From positions 1-60,124 of the IMG/VR virus record IMGVR_UViG_3300038552_000146: a stretch of 60,124 bases of DNA; one strand, written 5' to 3'. Numbering within the stretch: the stretch's first letter is position 1; each line of letters starts with the position of its first letter. This document shows positions 9,163 through 19,639 of this stretch, piece by piece. Source of the DNA: a virus (lineage: Duplodnaviria; Caudoviricetes). The translations under genes and the position numbers were made by a program. The notes beneath the pieces are model-generated. The model was not told where the DNA came from. It did not search any database and saw nothing but the letters and a program-made list of their open reading frames with translations.

Positions 9163-9858
9163 TCACGAGACCTCGACCCCTGCCCCGGCGTACTGACTGG
9201 CCGGCCCGAGTGGTGTCAGCATCAAGTATCGCGGCGAATTGGTCCCGGCCCACAGGTTCACCGTGCCGGCAGAAGCGGAAGCGGTGAGCACCACCGTGGC
9301 GGTTAAGTCAGTGGTGGCGGACCTTATGAGGGGGATCATCGCGTTCACTTGTATTCCCTGTCCGGCCCCTGTCCCGACCACTTCCATCCGGCCAAACTCT
9401 CCCCAGTCAGTACCAGCCACATTCGTCTTTCTCAATCTGAAATGTGCCAGCCTCCCGGCAGCATCCCCATACACAGCGCACCTGCACCATGCCGCGTATG
9501 CCCACCCAGAACGGAATACGAAATCAGATATCGTGGCTACCGTCTCTTCTGAAGTAACAGCCTCAGTGGAGGTGGAGGTGGCGACATCTCCGACCGGATA
9601 AGACGGCGCTGGACTGGACGACACACCGCCAATAACGAGAAGAGATCCCCGTAAAGAGATCACCTGAACATTCATTCCTGAGAATACGTTAGCTGATTCC
9701 AGCTTGGGTATGTCGGGTACAACCACGCCACTGTTCATCAGAAGATCAACAGTGCCGTCCGAGTTCACGGCGTCCACGGTGGCAGTCCGGAGATGGGTGG
9801 CCGGCTCCCCATCTGGCTCCGGAACCAGTTTCTTCCGCAACCTGGTGTAGTCGATCAT
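9163..9858 (-). CDS. Minor tail protein
   Basis: Position after the tail-tip genes; N-terminal ATVDAVNSDGTVDL OB-like segment; beta-rich. Confidence 0.65.
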   Translation of the reverse strand: MIDYTRLRKKLVPEPDGEPATHLRTATVDAVNSDGTVDLLMNSGVVVPDIPKLESANVFSGMNVQVISLRGSLLVIGGVSSSPAPSYPVGDVATSTSTEAVTSEETVATISDFVFRSGWAYAAWCRCAVYGDAAGRLAHFRLRKTNVAGTDWGEFGRMEVVGTGAGQGIQVNAMIPLIRSATTDLTATVVLTASASAGTVNLWAGTNSPRYLMLTPLGPASQYAGAGVEVS

Positions 9859-9860
9859 GG

Positions 9861-10934
9861 CTATAGCTCCCGAACCTGAAGGCTGGTATCGCCGGTGAGA
9901 TTCAAGGTCACGGCATCTACGGCCAACGCCGAACCGTCCAAGCTCACCACGTCACCGGAGCTGATCGTCGGATCGTACGGCCGGACAAGGGTGTACGTGG
10001 CGCCAGCTCCTACCCTGCCTGCCAGGATCGTGTTAGCGGCAGCCTGAGCTTGGCCCACGGTTTCCAGGAGGGGGGAGGCGAAGAACTCGGTCACGCGCCC
10101 GTACGGGCTGGTTCCTGGCCCGGTCCCGGCGTACGTCGGGCTTGACGGGTCATCGTCAATCGCCGTGGCTTGAACCGGCGCGTTTCCGTCCTGAGGCTCA
10201 CCACGTGCCACGATCACGTTCGGTGGCCGAGTGTCATAATCCGCCGACAATGACGTCAACGCGTCCAGTGGGTACGCCGTGGCTTGATCCGGTATGGCCG
10301 TGCCCACCTGGATCTGACCGACTCGGTCGTACCATGCGGTCCGGCTGAAACCTGCCAGCACATCCAGAATTTCGGCCCATGGAGCCGTGGCAGTCTCCAG
10401 CCCGAAGATCCTGGCCACACCGAGCGTCGCTCCCACTGCACTGACTCCGGGATTCACGCCGGTCCGGTTGGTCACCACAGTGTTGATCATGTCACCGAGG
10501 TCCGTACCGGACGGTACGGTCAGCGCGTTCTCGAACCGATAGCGCTGCACACGATCCGACACATCCATCAGACCTACGTCCACCACACGCTCACCCGCGT
10601 CAACCCGGGTCCGCGCGGACGCGATCTCGTACGTGCCATAGGGAACCGTTGACACTGAACCGTCAAGAAGCTCGATGCCTAGTTCCACCTCCAGCCGTGT
10701 CCCGAACGGCGTGAGAAGATCACCCGGCCGCCGGGGGAGAAGCGCGTCACCGGTGAACGTAAGCCGTCCGTCCCAGCGTGCGTTCCGCCGGGCGTCTTGG
10801 GTCAGCGAACCGCTGGTAGGTTCCAGCTCACGCGTGAGACCTCCGCGCGAGAACGTGAAGCGGGACCATCGCCGGTACCCGGTCGGCGTGCTGAGCGCGG
10901 CCTGATGGCGCGCGGAGCTGAATCTCGTGGCCAT
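9861..10934 (-). CDS. Minor tail protein (hub/DUF5047-like)
   Basis: LLTPFGTRLEV and SPTYAG...PYGRVTEFFASPLL motifs typical of actinophage minor tail proteins. Confidence 0.75.
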   Translation of the reverse strand: MATRFSSARHQAALSTPTGYRRWSRFTFSRGGLTRELEPTSGSLTQDARRNARWDGRLTFTGDALLPRRPGDLLTPFGTRLEVELGIELLDGSVSTVPYGTYEIASARTRVDAGERVVDVGLMDVSDRVQRYRFENALTVPSGTDLGDMINTVVTNRTGVNPGVSAVGATLGVARIFGLETATAPWAEILDVLAGFSRTAWYDRVGQIQVGTAIPDQATAYPLDALTSLSADYDTRPPNVIVARGEPQDGNAPVQATAIDDDPSSPTYAGTGPGTSPYGRVTEFFASPLLETVGQAQAAANTILAGRVGAGATYTLVRPYDPTISSGDVVSLDGSALAVDAVTLNLTGDTSLQVREL

Positions 10935-13745
10935 CTACAAGAACTCCCCCGGCTCGGGTGTCTCCGGCCAGTCCTGCCGGACCATCGTCACACTGACTAC
11001 TTTCACGTTCGGAGCTGGAGCGCGCACGCTCCATCCGGCCGGAGCGACCCAGCCGGGAGTCCCGCCCACCGGGCTCCAATACACACGGTCATTGGTCAGC
11101 ATCTCCTCCAGCCGGTTGATCGCGGGCAAGCCCTCAGCCGCGATGACCAGGCTCAAATCCTCTCCGGCCAGCGTGGTAGACACCGACTGGAGCCCCCCAC
11201 CCAGTTGCACCGTCTCCACCACCAGCCGAGGGAAAGCATGGGACCGATCAGTAACAACCGCCATCCGGTCCGTGAACGAAGAAAGCCGGTCCAAGTCATC
11301 CTCGTGCGTGAAGCTGGGCACGGTAACCGAAGCGAAGTCTGAGACCTTCAGCTCAGGCACGGGGAGCGGGCCGCCGGATACCGTCCCGTCCAGTCGGACA
11401 AAATGAGCCTCCCGATATGGCGGGATGTGGTTGCCGCTCCCCGAGGTCCCGGATCCGGTGCTGGATATCGAGGGAGTGGTCAGGGCTGTGTTCCCCGATG
11501 AATGCGTGTGGCCGGTGGTAGGGGAGTCCCCGAGGTCACCGAATGACGGGGCTTCGTACGATCCTGTTCCACTCACACCCACGTTCGTATCGTGCTGGTG
11601 CGCGCCGATGCTATGGGCGTGAGTAGGAACTGAGTGAGTGTGCGTGCTTGACCCACCAATGGAGTTGACCGAGTCAGATCCATCGTCCCGAGCGAAGTAT
11701 GTCCGCATGTCCGGCGTGCCGTTGTTCCCGTCGCACAGCGTCAAGAGCGGGTCTAGATCACCAGCCGCACCCAGGTACAGTCCGATAATCCGGGTCTGGG
11801 TCCCCCCACCAGTGTTGCGCAAAACGCGTAGACGCCGGTTCGGTGGCTCCAATGTCCCGGATCCGGTTGTACCGCCACCAGCCGATACAAGGTTGCCGAT
11901 GCCTACAGAAGTTGATGTCATCGGGTGGGTGTGTCGTGGCAACCATCTGGGAGTACTGACACCGGACCCGGCATCTACGCCGAGAGGAACACTGGTTGAC
12001 GTGTTGTTCAGCGTATGGCTATGACTGAACCCAGTGTGAGAGTGGCTGCTGACCGCATGAGTGTGCGTGCTGGCCCCAGAGCTTGAACCACCGTTCCCGG
12101 CCGCCGGAGCACCCCTCAGGAATCGACCGGCACTGTCTCCGTCGTCCGTCCATCCGGATACGCTCTCGGTCGCCCATCCCAGGACTCCGGCCGGATACGC
12201 GGCCTGGGCCCCGTCCGATTCGATCCATATCACGGTCCACGTCGGCGGGATGTTGTCTTCCGCGTCAGTTCCGGGTGCGGATGAACCGGAGTTTCCCGCC
12301 GGGTACGAGTGGGTGGCACTGGGTCGTACGTGGTAATGAGGCTGATTCGCCTGGGTGATACCGGCGTTGTTGTACCTGGCCGATGTGGTGGAACTATTGC
12401 TGGTCCCCGTATTACCGCCTAACGAGTGACTGTGCGCACCGATGACGTGGGCATGGTTGGGAGTCGTGTGGGTGTGGCTGGACGTTCCACCGGTAGCGGT
12501 TGGCGCGGCCGTGGTACTCGCTCCCATGGGGTACCGGTCGTCCAGTGCCGTGACGCGGGTCCAACCGCTTGGGATACTCGCGGCCGTGCCAGGCCAACCC
12601 AGAATGAGATCCGCCGGGATGGTGGAGGGGAGTTCCACGAACGTCGACACATACCCGTGATAGCGGACCCGGTACGTGATGTCGCATGGCTCGCTTGACA
12701 CTTCACAGTCAGGGCCGGCTACTGGCTGGGGATCGAGCTGGGGAATCGCCAGATCCAGGTACGTTCCGTTCAGCCCGTCCGGTACGGTGGCGATGCGCTG
12801 ACTTCCGGTGCAATCATCGCGCCAGACTTCGGCTACTACATAATCGTCGTCCCAGGTCTGACCACCGGGACTGCTCCAATTAACCCGGTAGCCACCAAAC
12901 TCAGGCTCTACGGTGACCAGGGGAGGCGAGGGCGGCGGGACGGTATTCTCAATACCGAACGCGAGTGTCTGGGTGTGCTCGAATGGGTCCGCTCCCCGGA
13001 TGGTGGAGCGAACCGTAAACTCCGCTGTGTACGAGTCATCCGGTAGCCCCGTGGTGGTCACATCAGTGGGCGGAGTGCCTGACCCTGAAGTAGAGAACAC
13101 GACGACCAAGGCCGCGTTTCTCACAGTCACGGACCAGTTGAGCGCTGGAAGACCGTCATACCCGACAGTGCCAAAGTAAAGATCTGGCTGGTTGGTGTCG
13201 GTAACCGTCCCGCCAGTCTGATCCACCCCGGCGTTGTCGCGGATCTCCGGTGAGTAATCAGGTCGGGCCCGACAGTCGATATCCACGTAGCACTCAGATG
13301 TACGAAGCTCGGTCAGTCCACCGGCCTCGTTGTTCGGCCAGCCCCCGCCGATGTTCAGGTCCGCCAACGCTCCGGCCGTGTCCAGACCGTATTCAGCAGT
13401 TTGGTACCAGTTTCCCGCGCGTTCCGTGAACGCGGTGTCTACGGCGACCGAGTCATATTCAATATAGTCCTCAGTCCCTCGGCCAAGATCGATATCGTCG
13501 GTTGCCGTGCCGACATCACCTCGGATACGGATACGACCCCTGATCCGGTGACGCTGGTGGTCGGCTGGAGGAGTGTGAGAGGCGACCCTGAGGTTCCAGT
13601 TATCCCCGTAATCCGAAAAATTGAAGTCAATGTATGTCGCATCGGAATCATCGTCAGTGACAGAATCCAGCGTCCCGGAAGGCACGGCTGTCCCGGCTCC
13701 GGACTTGCGCACGGAGATCGGTCGGAGAACGTCAACGACAGCCAT
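10935..13745 (-). CDS. Minor tail / tail fibre protein with HxH repeats
   Basis: Many HTH/HSH/HAH motifs and a CDGNNGTPDMR collar-like motif. Confidence 0.8.
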   Translation of the reverse strand: MAVVDVLRPISVRKSGAGTAVPSGTLDSVTDDDSDATYIDFNFSDYGDNWNLRVASHTPPADHQRHRIRGRIRIRGDVGTATDDIDLGRGTEDYIEYDSVAVDTAFTERAGNWYQTAEYGLDTAGALADLNIGGGWPNNEAGGLTELRTSECYVDIDCRARPDYSPEIRDNAGVDQTGGTVTDTNQPDLYFGTVGYDGLPALNWSVTVRNAALVVVFSTSGSGTPPTDVTTTGLPDDSYTAEFTVRSTIRGADPFEHTQTLAFGIENTVPPPSPPLVTVEPEFGGYRVNWSSPGGQTWDDDYVVAEVWRDDCTGSQRIATVPDGLNGTYLDLAIPQLDPQPVAGPDCEVSSEPCDITYRVRYHGYVSTFVELPSTIPADLILGWPGTAASIPSGWTRVTALDDRYPMGASTTAAPTATGGTSSHTHTTPNHAHVIGAHSHSLGGNTGTSNSSTTSARYNNAGITQANQPHYHVRPSATHSYPAGNSGSSAPGTDAEDNIPPTWTVIWIESDGAQAAYPAGVLGWATESVSGWTDDGDSAGRFLRGAPAAGNGGSSSGASTHTHAVSSHSHTGFSHSHTLNNTSTSVPLGVDAGSGVSTPRWLPRHTHPMTSTSVGIGNLVSAGGGTTGSGTLEPPNRRLRVLRNTGGGTQTRIIGLYLGAAGDLDPLLTLCDGNNGTPDMRTYFARDDGSDSVNSIGGSSTHTHSVPTHAHSIGAHQHDTNVGVSGTGSYEAPSFGDLGDSPTTGHTHSSGNTALTTPSISSTGSGTSGSGNHIPPYREAHFVRLDGTVSGGPLPVPELKVSDFASVTVPSFTHEDDLDRLSSFTDRMAVVTDRSHAFPRLVVETVQLGGGLQSVSTTLAGEDLSLVIAAEGLPAINRLEEMLTNDRVYWSPVGGTPGWVAPAGWSVRAPAPNVKVVSVTMVRQDWPETPEPGEFL

Positions 13746-13777
13746 GATGCCCTCTCAGTCCAGCTCACAGTGACACC

Positions 13778-15940
13778 CTATGTTCCCACGTCCGCGACTT
13801 GAGGAGGCGGCTCCGGGCCGGTACCGGTGAACGCGGCGGTGACCTGGCGGATACGACCCGCCCTAACGATCTTGACAGACTCCTGAACCGGCGCTCCCCA
13901 GACCTCGCTGGCGTCGCTCGGGCTGATCAGGACCAGTGGCCGGGCCAGAACCGCACGAAGACTTGCCAACTCCGCCTCGCTCTGCACGGCGGCCGTCATG
14001 CTCAGGTTCCGGCCACCGGGCGGAGCCGAGGTCACGAACCGCGCCCCGTTGACCCCGGTGGCGGCCGTGAACGGCCGATCCACGGTCCAGTCGAGCTTGC
14101 CCAGGGCCACGGCGTACATCGGCCCGTCCAACCCCGTGGTGCGGATCAGATGCTCGTCCTCGCTCCACGTCAGGCAGAACAGATCCGGACCGGAGTCAGC
14201 GGACCAGTCCGAAACCAGAAGCGAGCCGTCTGACTGAACGATGGTGCGCGCCCGGTAGTACGAGCAGCACTCATCCGGTTCATGATCACATGTACGGCCA
14301 ACCCCGGACCGGGGGATCGTGAAGTCCACCCAGGTGGCGCACTCATCGGTTGTCAGCGGCCCGAGGATAGCCAGGCTGGTCAGAGTCTGGGAGCTAGTAA
14401 GCGACGCCGGAGCGTGGATGTCCCAGACGTTGCCCTGATCATCAGTAAATGTCTGAGTTCCGACCATGTGATCGGTGAAGTCCGGTGAAGCCAGGATCTC
14501 CCCTGCATGACCTACGCGGACCTGGAGTGAATAGATTCGTCCGGTCCAGCGACTTAGCGCGCCGGAGTCCCCGATATACGCGCCCACTGTGAGGTCCGCT
14601 GTACTGGATGGATTCAGTGACGTAGGGGGGTCACCGGTCACCGGCTCACCTACTGACTGCCACACTCCATCCCCATCCAGGTATTCAAATGTGACGGTCC
14701 ATCCACCCACCCCATTGTCCACGTCCAAGTGGACACGGAGATGAACCCGGCCGTACGGGTCGATCGGTGCCCGGTCGGTGGCGTATGCCGTGACGTTACC
14801 CGCCACCGTGCCGTCCGTGCTCCAGACCAGTACAGGACGACCGGCCAGTGCTGGATCTCCTTCCCCATCCGCGTCCAAGCTCAGCCGCCATGCCCGCTGA
14901 TCCCCGGTGGTCAGGTAATTCGCGACCAGAGTCTCATCTTCGGCCGGATGCCAACCATCATCCCGAGCCGCCAGGACAGTAATCTCCAGGTCCTCTACCT
15001 GAACCGGGCCAACCGTAGACGCGTACGATCCAGTCGTTCCCGGTAAGAGCAGATACCCGCCCTCGGGACAATCCACCCGCTGGATCTCTACCCAGCCCAC
15101 CGAACCATCGAACTCCGTCACGTCCGGGGCACAGACCTCGATCGAGTAGAACGGGACCTGAGGTGTAACAGTTGGCATGTCCGGGGCCGGGATCGCTCCA
15201 ACCGAGACCGTGAACTCCAGAACCCCCTCATCACTGGCGTATGCCGTGTTCGCGCCTAATGTAGACCAGACCATCAGGTGTGCTACATAATCGCCATTGT
15301 CTAGCGGAACGGTCTGCCGGTTGATCGGAGAACCGGAAACTGTGCCGGTGTCCCAGACGATCGCACCGTTCAGGGTGACCCAATACCGATACTGGCGCGC
15401 GGCCAGATCGTCCAAATCCAGAGCGTCCGCCCGGATGGTCGGCTGAGCCGTGTCGCTCACCATGGTTGTACTCGACCCAGATCCATCCAGAATCTGAGGC
15501 GTGAACGTCGGGGCCAGTCGCGAGTCCATGTCCAGATACAGCTCTGTAATCCGAACACCAGAGGTCTGACCGGTCACATAGCAACTGAGCACGGTGGAGC
15601 CATCCGCCGGTGCGCCGGTGCCCCATGAGCCCGTGACAGTCTCCGGGGAGGCACCGAACAATGCGGCGGCTCCGGCCACAAGGTTCCCGGCGGAGAGCCG
15701 AACCGCCCACCATGCGTTTCCGTCTTCACCGCGCGCTCTGAGCCGGACCTGGTGGCGTCGCTCTCCAGCCGGTGGTGAATCGACGGGGGTAGCCAGGATC
15801 AGCGCCGATCCATCGCCGGACCACGTGGCATACGTCGTGTCGTTGTCGTCCGACGTGACCCCGTGCAACGTGCCAGCACTGGGCGTCCATCCGACTCCGG
15901 AAGAGGTGGCGGACGGGCGAAGTGTCGTTATCGTGCCCAT
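13778..15940 (-). CDS. Minor tail protein with LamG-like domain
   Basis: Follows tape measure; LTVGAY...WTGRIYSLQV LamG-like segment; termini paralogous to 10935..13745. Confidence 0.75.
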   Translation of the reverse strand: MGTITTLRPSATSSGVGWTPSAGTLHGVTSDDNDTTYATWSGDGSALILATPVDSPPAGERRHQVRLRARGEDGNAWWAVRLSAGNLVAGAAALFGASPETVTGSWGTGAPADGSTVLSCYVTGQTSGVRITELYLDMDSRLAPTFTPQILDGSGSSTTMVSDTAQPTIRADALDLDDLAARQYRYWVTLNGAIVWDTGTVSGSPINRQTVPLDNGDYVAHLMVWSTLGANTAYASDEGVLEFTVSVGAIPAPDMPTVTPQVPFYSIEVCAPDVTEFDGSVGWVEIQRVDCPEGGYLLLPGTTGSYASTVGPVQVEDLEITVLAARDDGWHPAEDETLVANYLTTGDQRAWRLSLDADGEGDPALAGRPVLVWSTDGTVAGNVTAYATDRAPIDPYGRVHLRVHLDVDNGVGGWTVTFEYLDGDGVWQSVGEPVTGDPPTSLNPSSTADLTVGAYIGDSGALSRWTGRIYSLQVRVGHAGEILASPDFTDHMVGTQTFTDDQGNVWDIHAPASLTSSQTLTSLAILGPLTTDECATWVDFTIPRSGVGRTCDHEPDECCSYYRARTIVQSDGSLLVSDWSADSGPDLFCLTWSEDEHLIRTTGLDGPMYAVALGKLDWTVDRPFTAATGVNGARFVTSAPPGGRNLSMTAAVQSEAELASLRAVLARPLVLISPSDASEVWGAPVQESVKIVRAGRIRQVTAAFTGTGPEPPPQVADVGT

Positions 15941-15954
15941 GTCTCACCTCCCCG

Positions 15955-18150
15955 TTATCGCGCCAGCGTTGCTTGCCCCAGCCGCTCCAAGACGGCTTCA
16001 GCGGCTTCTATACCGGCCTCGCGCCCACTGACACCTGAGACGTGGACGTGGATCTCTCCAATGCTTAGCGACTGGCCCAGACTGGCCCCATCGCCACCAC
16101 GCGGTCGTCCGACTGTGAAGCTCGGTAGGTCTGCGGTCAAGCCCTCAAGGGTCTTCTGGACACTGGCGAACCGGCTTTCCAGACCGCGCTCAAATCCAGC
16201 CATGACCAATTCGCCGGAGCGCTCCAAGATGCGCCGGTCCACCTCGGCGGGGCCCTTCCAGCTCGGCAACATCGAAGTCAATGAGTCGAGAACACCTTTT
16301 ACCCTGCCAAACCCGCTCTTAATACCTCGAATTAGCCCGTCGATGATCGCCCGGCCTGCCGAGACCAGCCAAGATCCGGCAGCGGCGAACGCGCCCCGGA
16401 TAGTGTTCGCCAGGCCAGTCACTACGGACCGTATCGTAGCGGCGGCGGCGCGCACGGTCGAGATCATTCTGTTCCAGCCGGCCACCCACACTGACCCGAG
16501 GGCCGAAATACCGGCTTTGACCACCGCGAACGAACTACTAGCCGCAGCGGACATCCCGCTCAAACTAGCGGACCAAGCCCCTTTAATGGCCGTGATAGCC
16601 CCGGTGATGACACCTTTTATACCGTTCATAGCCGCCGTGACAATCGACCTTATGTTCCCCCATACTGCAAAAATAACGTTCTTGATACCGGCCCAAGTCC
16701 CAGCCCAGCTACCGGATATAGCGGCCGAGACAGCGGCCATTACGCCTTTCACTACGGCGATACTGGTGGACACCGTTGACGTGATTATCTGCCACGCCGC
16801 ACTCACCGCGCTAGATATGGCCTGCCACATCCCGGAAAAGATCGGGGTCAGGGGGGCCAATTTTTCAGCGACCGAAGCAACAAAAGAACTGATCATGGAC
16901 CCTATTGTGGAGAAAAACCCTGCTATCGCGGGAACAGCAGTGCCGGTAATCCAGTCGATTGTAGCGGATCCAGCATTGCGTATCGCATTCCACGCTATGA
17001 TCAGGCCATCCAGAACTTTGGACAGGCCGTATATTACCAGAGCTACGTTCATGACAGATGACGCAAACGCGCCAAACAACAGACCGATATTTCGGACGTT
17101 GTTTTCATTGGACGCGAACATCGCGAACACTTCGCCGAAAAGAGTTCCGAGTCGGGGAAGATTCTCGCCAACGGCGATTAGCGCGTCACGCATTCCTTCC
17201 AGCGTTTTTGGATCGGCAGTGAGAACCTTCAAGAACTCTTCCACAAATCCGGCCATGCCGTCAGTGAGCGGCTGGATGGCCGGAGCCAACCCGGTGAAGA
17301 TCTTTTTGAGAAGTGGCTCGATCCGTTCCGCCGCTTTGGACAGCGAGTTCAATGCAGCAGTGAACGGCTTGATAAGAGGGCTGGCCGCGCGCTGACCTAC
17401 TTCCTTCAGCGTGTCACCAAGACGTTTCAGAGAACCATCCAGCTTCTCAAACGCGGCGTTGTCCTCTACGGCTGCTTGGGCCTTAGCCAGCTCCGCGCGG
17501 GCCTCAGCCAGTGAGCGCTTCGCAGCGGCCGTGCCTGACTTCGCCCGTTCTTGCGCCTTGCGGACGCGCTCCTCAGCCTCGTCTAGATCCTTCTGAGCTT
17601 CGTCCCTGGATTTCTTCGCACCAAACAGTGCGGCGGCGCCGATACCAAGGAAGACCGCACCGAGTCCCGCCGTAGCAATAGCCGCCGCGAACGCAGCCAC
17701 GAACGCGACAGCGGCCGTCCCAGCTACGGCTGCCACGGCAGCGCCTACAGGGGTAGAAAGTGCCGCCGTGAGTGGCGCACGAAGCGCATCAAACGCGCCC
17801 TTGTGAGGCTTGAACGCATTAGCCAGGAAACTGGAGAACTTGCCCCTGCCCAGACTGTCCCCGACACCCTTACCGACACCTTCACCAGCAGCACGACCAG
17901 CTTCCTCGCCGGACTTGACGAACTTCCCACGAGAATCCCGGAGCCTGCCATCCGCACCTCGGGTGATGCCCTCCCCGAGTTTGGCCCCAGCTTCCTCACC
18001 TGACTTGCTGATTCCCTCAGTGTCTACCGGGACTTCCAGCGGGTCTAACTTGATCTTTGACAGTGCGGAGTCAAGGTCTTGTTGTGTCTGCCGAGCGAAG
18101 TCGCGTACATCCCCCTTGACCTCAACCTCAGCGCGGCCTACATCTGTCAC
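15955..18150 (-). CDS. Tape measure protein
   Basis: 731 aa Ala/Gly-rich helical protein with spaced Trp/Phe; VGRAEVEV N-terminus; AGRAIIDGLIRGI C-terminus. Confidence 0.9.
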   Translation of the reverse strand: MTDVGRAEVEVKGDVRDFARQTQQDLDSALSKIKLDPLEVPVDTEGISKSGEEAGAKLGEGITRGADGRLRDSRGKFVKSGEEAGRAAGEGVGKGVGDSLGRGKFSSFLANAFKPHKGAFDALRAPLTAALSTPVGAAVAAVAGTAAVAFVAAFAAAIATAGLGAVFLGIGAAALFGAKKSRDEAQKDLDEAEERVRKAQERAKSGTAAAKRSLAEARAELAKAQAAVEDNAAFEKLDGSLKRLGDTLKEVGQRAASPLIKPFTAALNSLSKAAERIEPLLKKIFTGLAPAIQPLTDGMAGFVEEFLKVLTADPKTLEGMRDALIAVGENLPRLGTLFGEVFAMFASNENNVRNIGLLFGAFASSVMNVALVIYGLSKVLDGLIIAWNAIRNAGSATIDWITGTAVPAIAGFFSTIGSMISSFVASVAEKLAPLTPIFSGMWQAISSAVSAAWQIITSTVSTSIAVVKGVMAAVSAAISGSWAGTWAGIKNVIFAVWGNIRSIVTAAMNGIKGVITGAITAIKGAWSASLSGMSAAASSSFAVVKAGISALGSVWVAGWNRMISTVRAAAATIRSVVTGLANTIRGAFAAAGSWLVSAGRAIIDGLIRGIKSGFGRVKGVLDSLTSMLPSWKGPAEVDRRILERSGELVMAGFERGLESRFASVQKTLEGLTADLPSFTVGRPRGGDGASLGQSLSIGEIHVHVSGVSGREAGIEAAEAVLERLGQATLAR

Positions 18151-18222
18151 AACCTCAGCGTACGGGCTGGAGAGTGCCCCGTCATTCTAAATCAAGGTGA
18201 CATCTCGACTAGAGTGCCCTGT

Positions 18223-18651
18223 ATGGACGTGTCCCGTGCCCAGCTCACCAACACCGGGCAGATGATCCAACTAGTGGATCCAGAGTTTCCTTGGACCGTA
18301 GACGTGTACCTGGTCCCAGAAGCCGACCGGCCAAAGGTTCGCGGCCTGGTGGTGTGGGCACGCGAGGATGATCCGATCACGTCCAGCGTCCTGGCCCAGA
18401 TCCCGGTCCGCCAGCTAGCTACCGTGGCCGCTAGTGCGCTAAAAGGGGAGGGGGAAGCCCAGTACCGGATGTTGGCTCGTCCGCGCCCTCAGGGCTCGCG
18501 GAGCTGGCCACCCGATCATTTTGAACGCGTGGCCCGTGTAGCCGCGTGGGCGAAGCAGACCGGGCGGCCCGGCGGGGCGGCTGGAGCCGTGGCCGAGTTC
18601 TGGGGCGTTCACTACCGGACCGCTCGGAGGTGGCTACGGCACCAGTCGTAG
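18223..18651 (+). CDS. Putative DNA-binding protein with C-terminal HTH
   Basis: ITSSVLAQIPVRQL and AVAEFWGVHYRTARRWL; TAGAGT -10 seven nt before ATG. Confidence 0.65.
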   Translation: MDVSRAQLTNTGQMIQLVDPEFPWTVDVYLVPEADRPKVRGLVVWAREDDPITSSVLAQIPVRQLATVAASALKGEGEAQYRMLARPRPQGSRSWPPDHFERVARVAAWAKQTGRPGGAAGAVAEFWGVHYRTARRWLRHQS

Positions 18652-19189
18652 GCCGAGATCCCGCCATCGCCTCGAACTCGCTCATGATCTTCTCACGGTC
18701 GCGATCCCTGCGCTTTCCGGTGGCGGTCAGGGATTCGTTCTCCAAAAGCGCCAGGAATTGGTCCAAAGCGTCTTTTTTCAGCCGCTCCACGATCACGGTA
18801 TAGACCGCGTCCAACGCCGCACTCAGCGGTTGCTGGTCCCATCGGAATCCAGCCAGGGCCAACGCGCCGCCGACAGCGGGCCACTGACGGTTCGCCACGG
18901 TGGCCAGCACAAGAGCCGCGTGGAACGAGCGCCCGGCAGTCTCCTCAACCGCATCGGTCAGAGCCTCGGTCAGCTCCTCCGCCGAGAATTCGCCGGACAG
19001 AAGGAGATCATCCACGTTGCGAGGATCATCCGGTCTTGACTCAATAAAGTCAAGAATGCGATTCACGTCTCCCGAGGTCAGTACCGGCCACCATTCGATA
19101 GCCGGAAGGGCCGGGATCTCGTACGCCCGGCCCCCCAGCTCGATCTCTACGGCCCAGCACCGCATAGACGCGGCCGGGTCCACGTTCAC
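18431..19189 (-). CDS. Tail assembly chaperone-like protein (pre-tape-measure)
   Basis: Immediately precedes tape measure; IELGGRAYEIPALPAIEW. Confidence 0.6.
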   Translation of the reverse strand: MNVDPAASMRCWAVEIELGGRAYEIPALPAIEWWPVLTSGDVNRILDFIESRPDDPRNVDDLLLSGEFSAEELTEALTDAVEETAGRSFHAALVLATVANRQWPAVGGALALAGFRWDQQPLSAALDAVYTVIVERLKKDALDQFLALLENESLTATGKRRDRDREKIMSEFEAMAGSRPTTGAVATSERSGSERPRTRPRLQPPRRAARSASPTRLHGPRVQNDRVASSASPEGADEPTSGTGLPPPLLAH

Positions 19190-19192
19190 GGC

Positions 19193-19639
19193 TCAGCTCC
19201 GAGCCTGGGCGGCCCCAGCGAAATCGTCCCAATACTTCAGCTTGTAGTGGTACGTGATGGTCCCGGTGGGAAGGTTGATGCCGACGATGAAGTACCCGTC
19301 GAACATCGGATCTCCGTCTGGATGGTGCTGCTTGCTACGCCACGAACTGAAGCCCATAGCGCGGCACAGCGCGGCCGTGAGTGCGCGCCGGTGGTCGTAC
19401 AGCTCATCGAACGTGTGGAATCCGTCGCTGATCTTGGACGCTCCGCCTGGAAGCGCGCGGAGCGTCTGGTTCAGCAACGCGCGGATCGTGTCTGCCTCGT
19501 GGTTACTCGCCACGTGAAGATTCAGCGGCTCCAACTCGGTGGCAACCACGTAGGCGTACGGCATCCCGTTCGCAAGTGCATCCAGAACCGTAGATTCCGC
19601 GTCGTCCTCTGGAGCGTAAGTCTTGTGGTACTCAGTCAT
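19193..19639 (-). CDS. WDGH-domain-like phage protein, apparently C-terminally shortened
   Basis: ISDGFHTFDELYDHR...SWRSKQH...FIVGINLPTGTITYHY...W. Confidence 0.65.
   Translation of the reverse strand: MTEYHKTYAPEDDAESTVLDALANGMPYAYVVATELEPLNLHVASNHEADTIRALLNQTLRALPGGASKISDGFHTFDELYDHRRALTAALCRAMGFSSWRSKQHHPDGDPMFDGYFIVGINLPTGTITYHYKLKYWDDFAGAAQARS

Noticed and set aside
15863-17395. 510-aa + strand ORF (similarly 25932..27110, 34383..35657, 50222..51409)
   Set aside because: Antisense shadows of tape measure, capsid, portal and polymerase genes in high-GC DNA.
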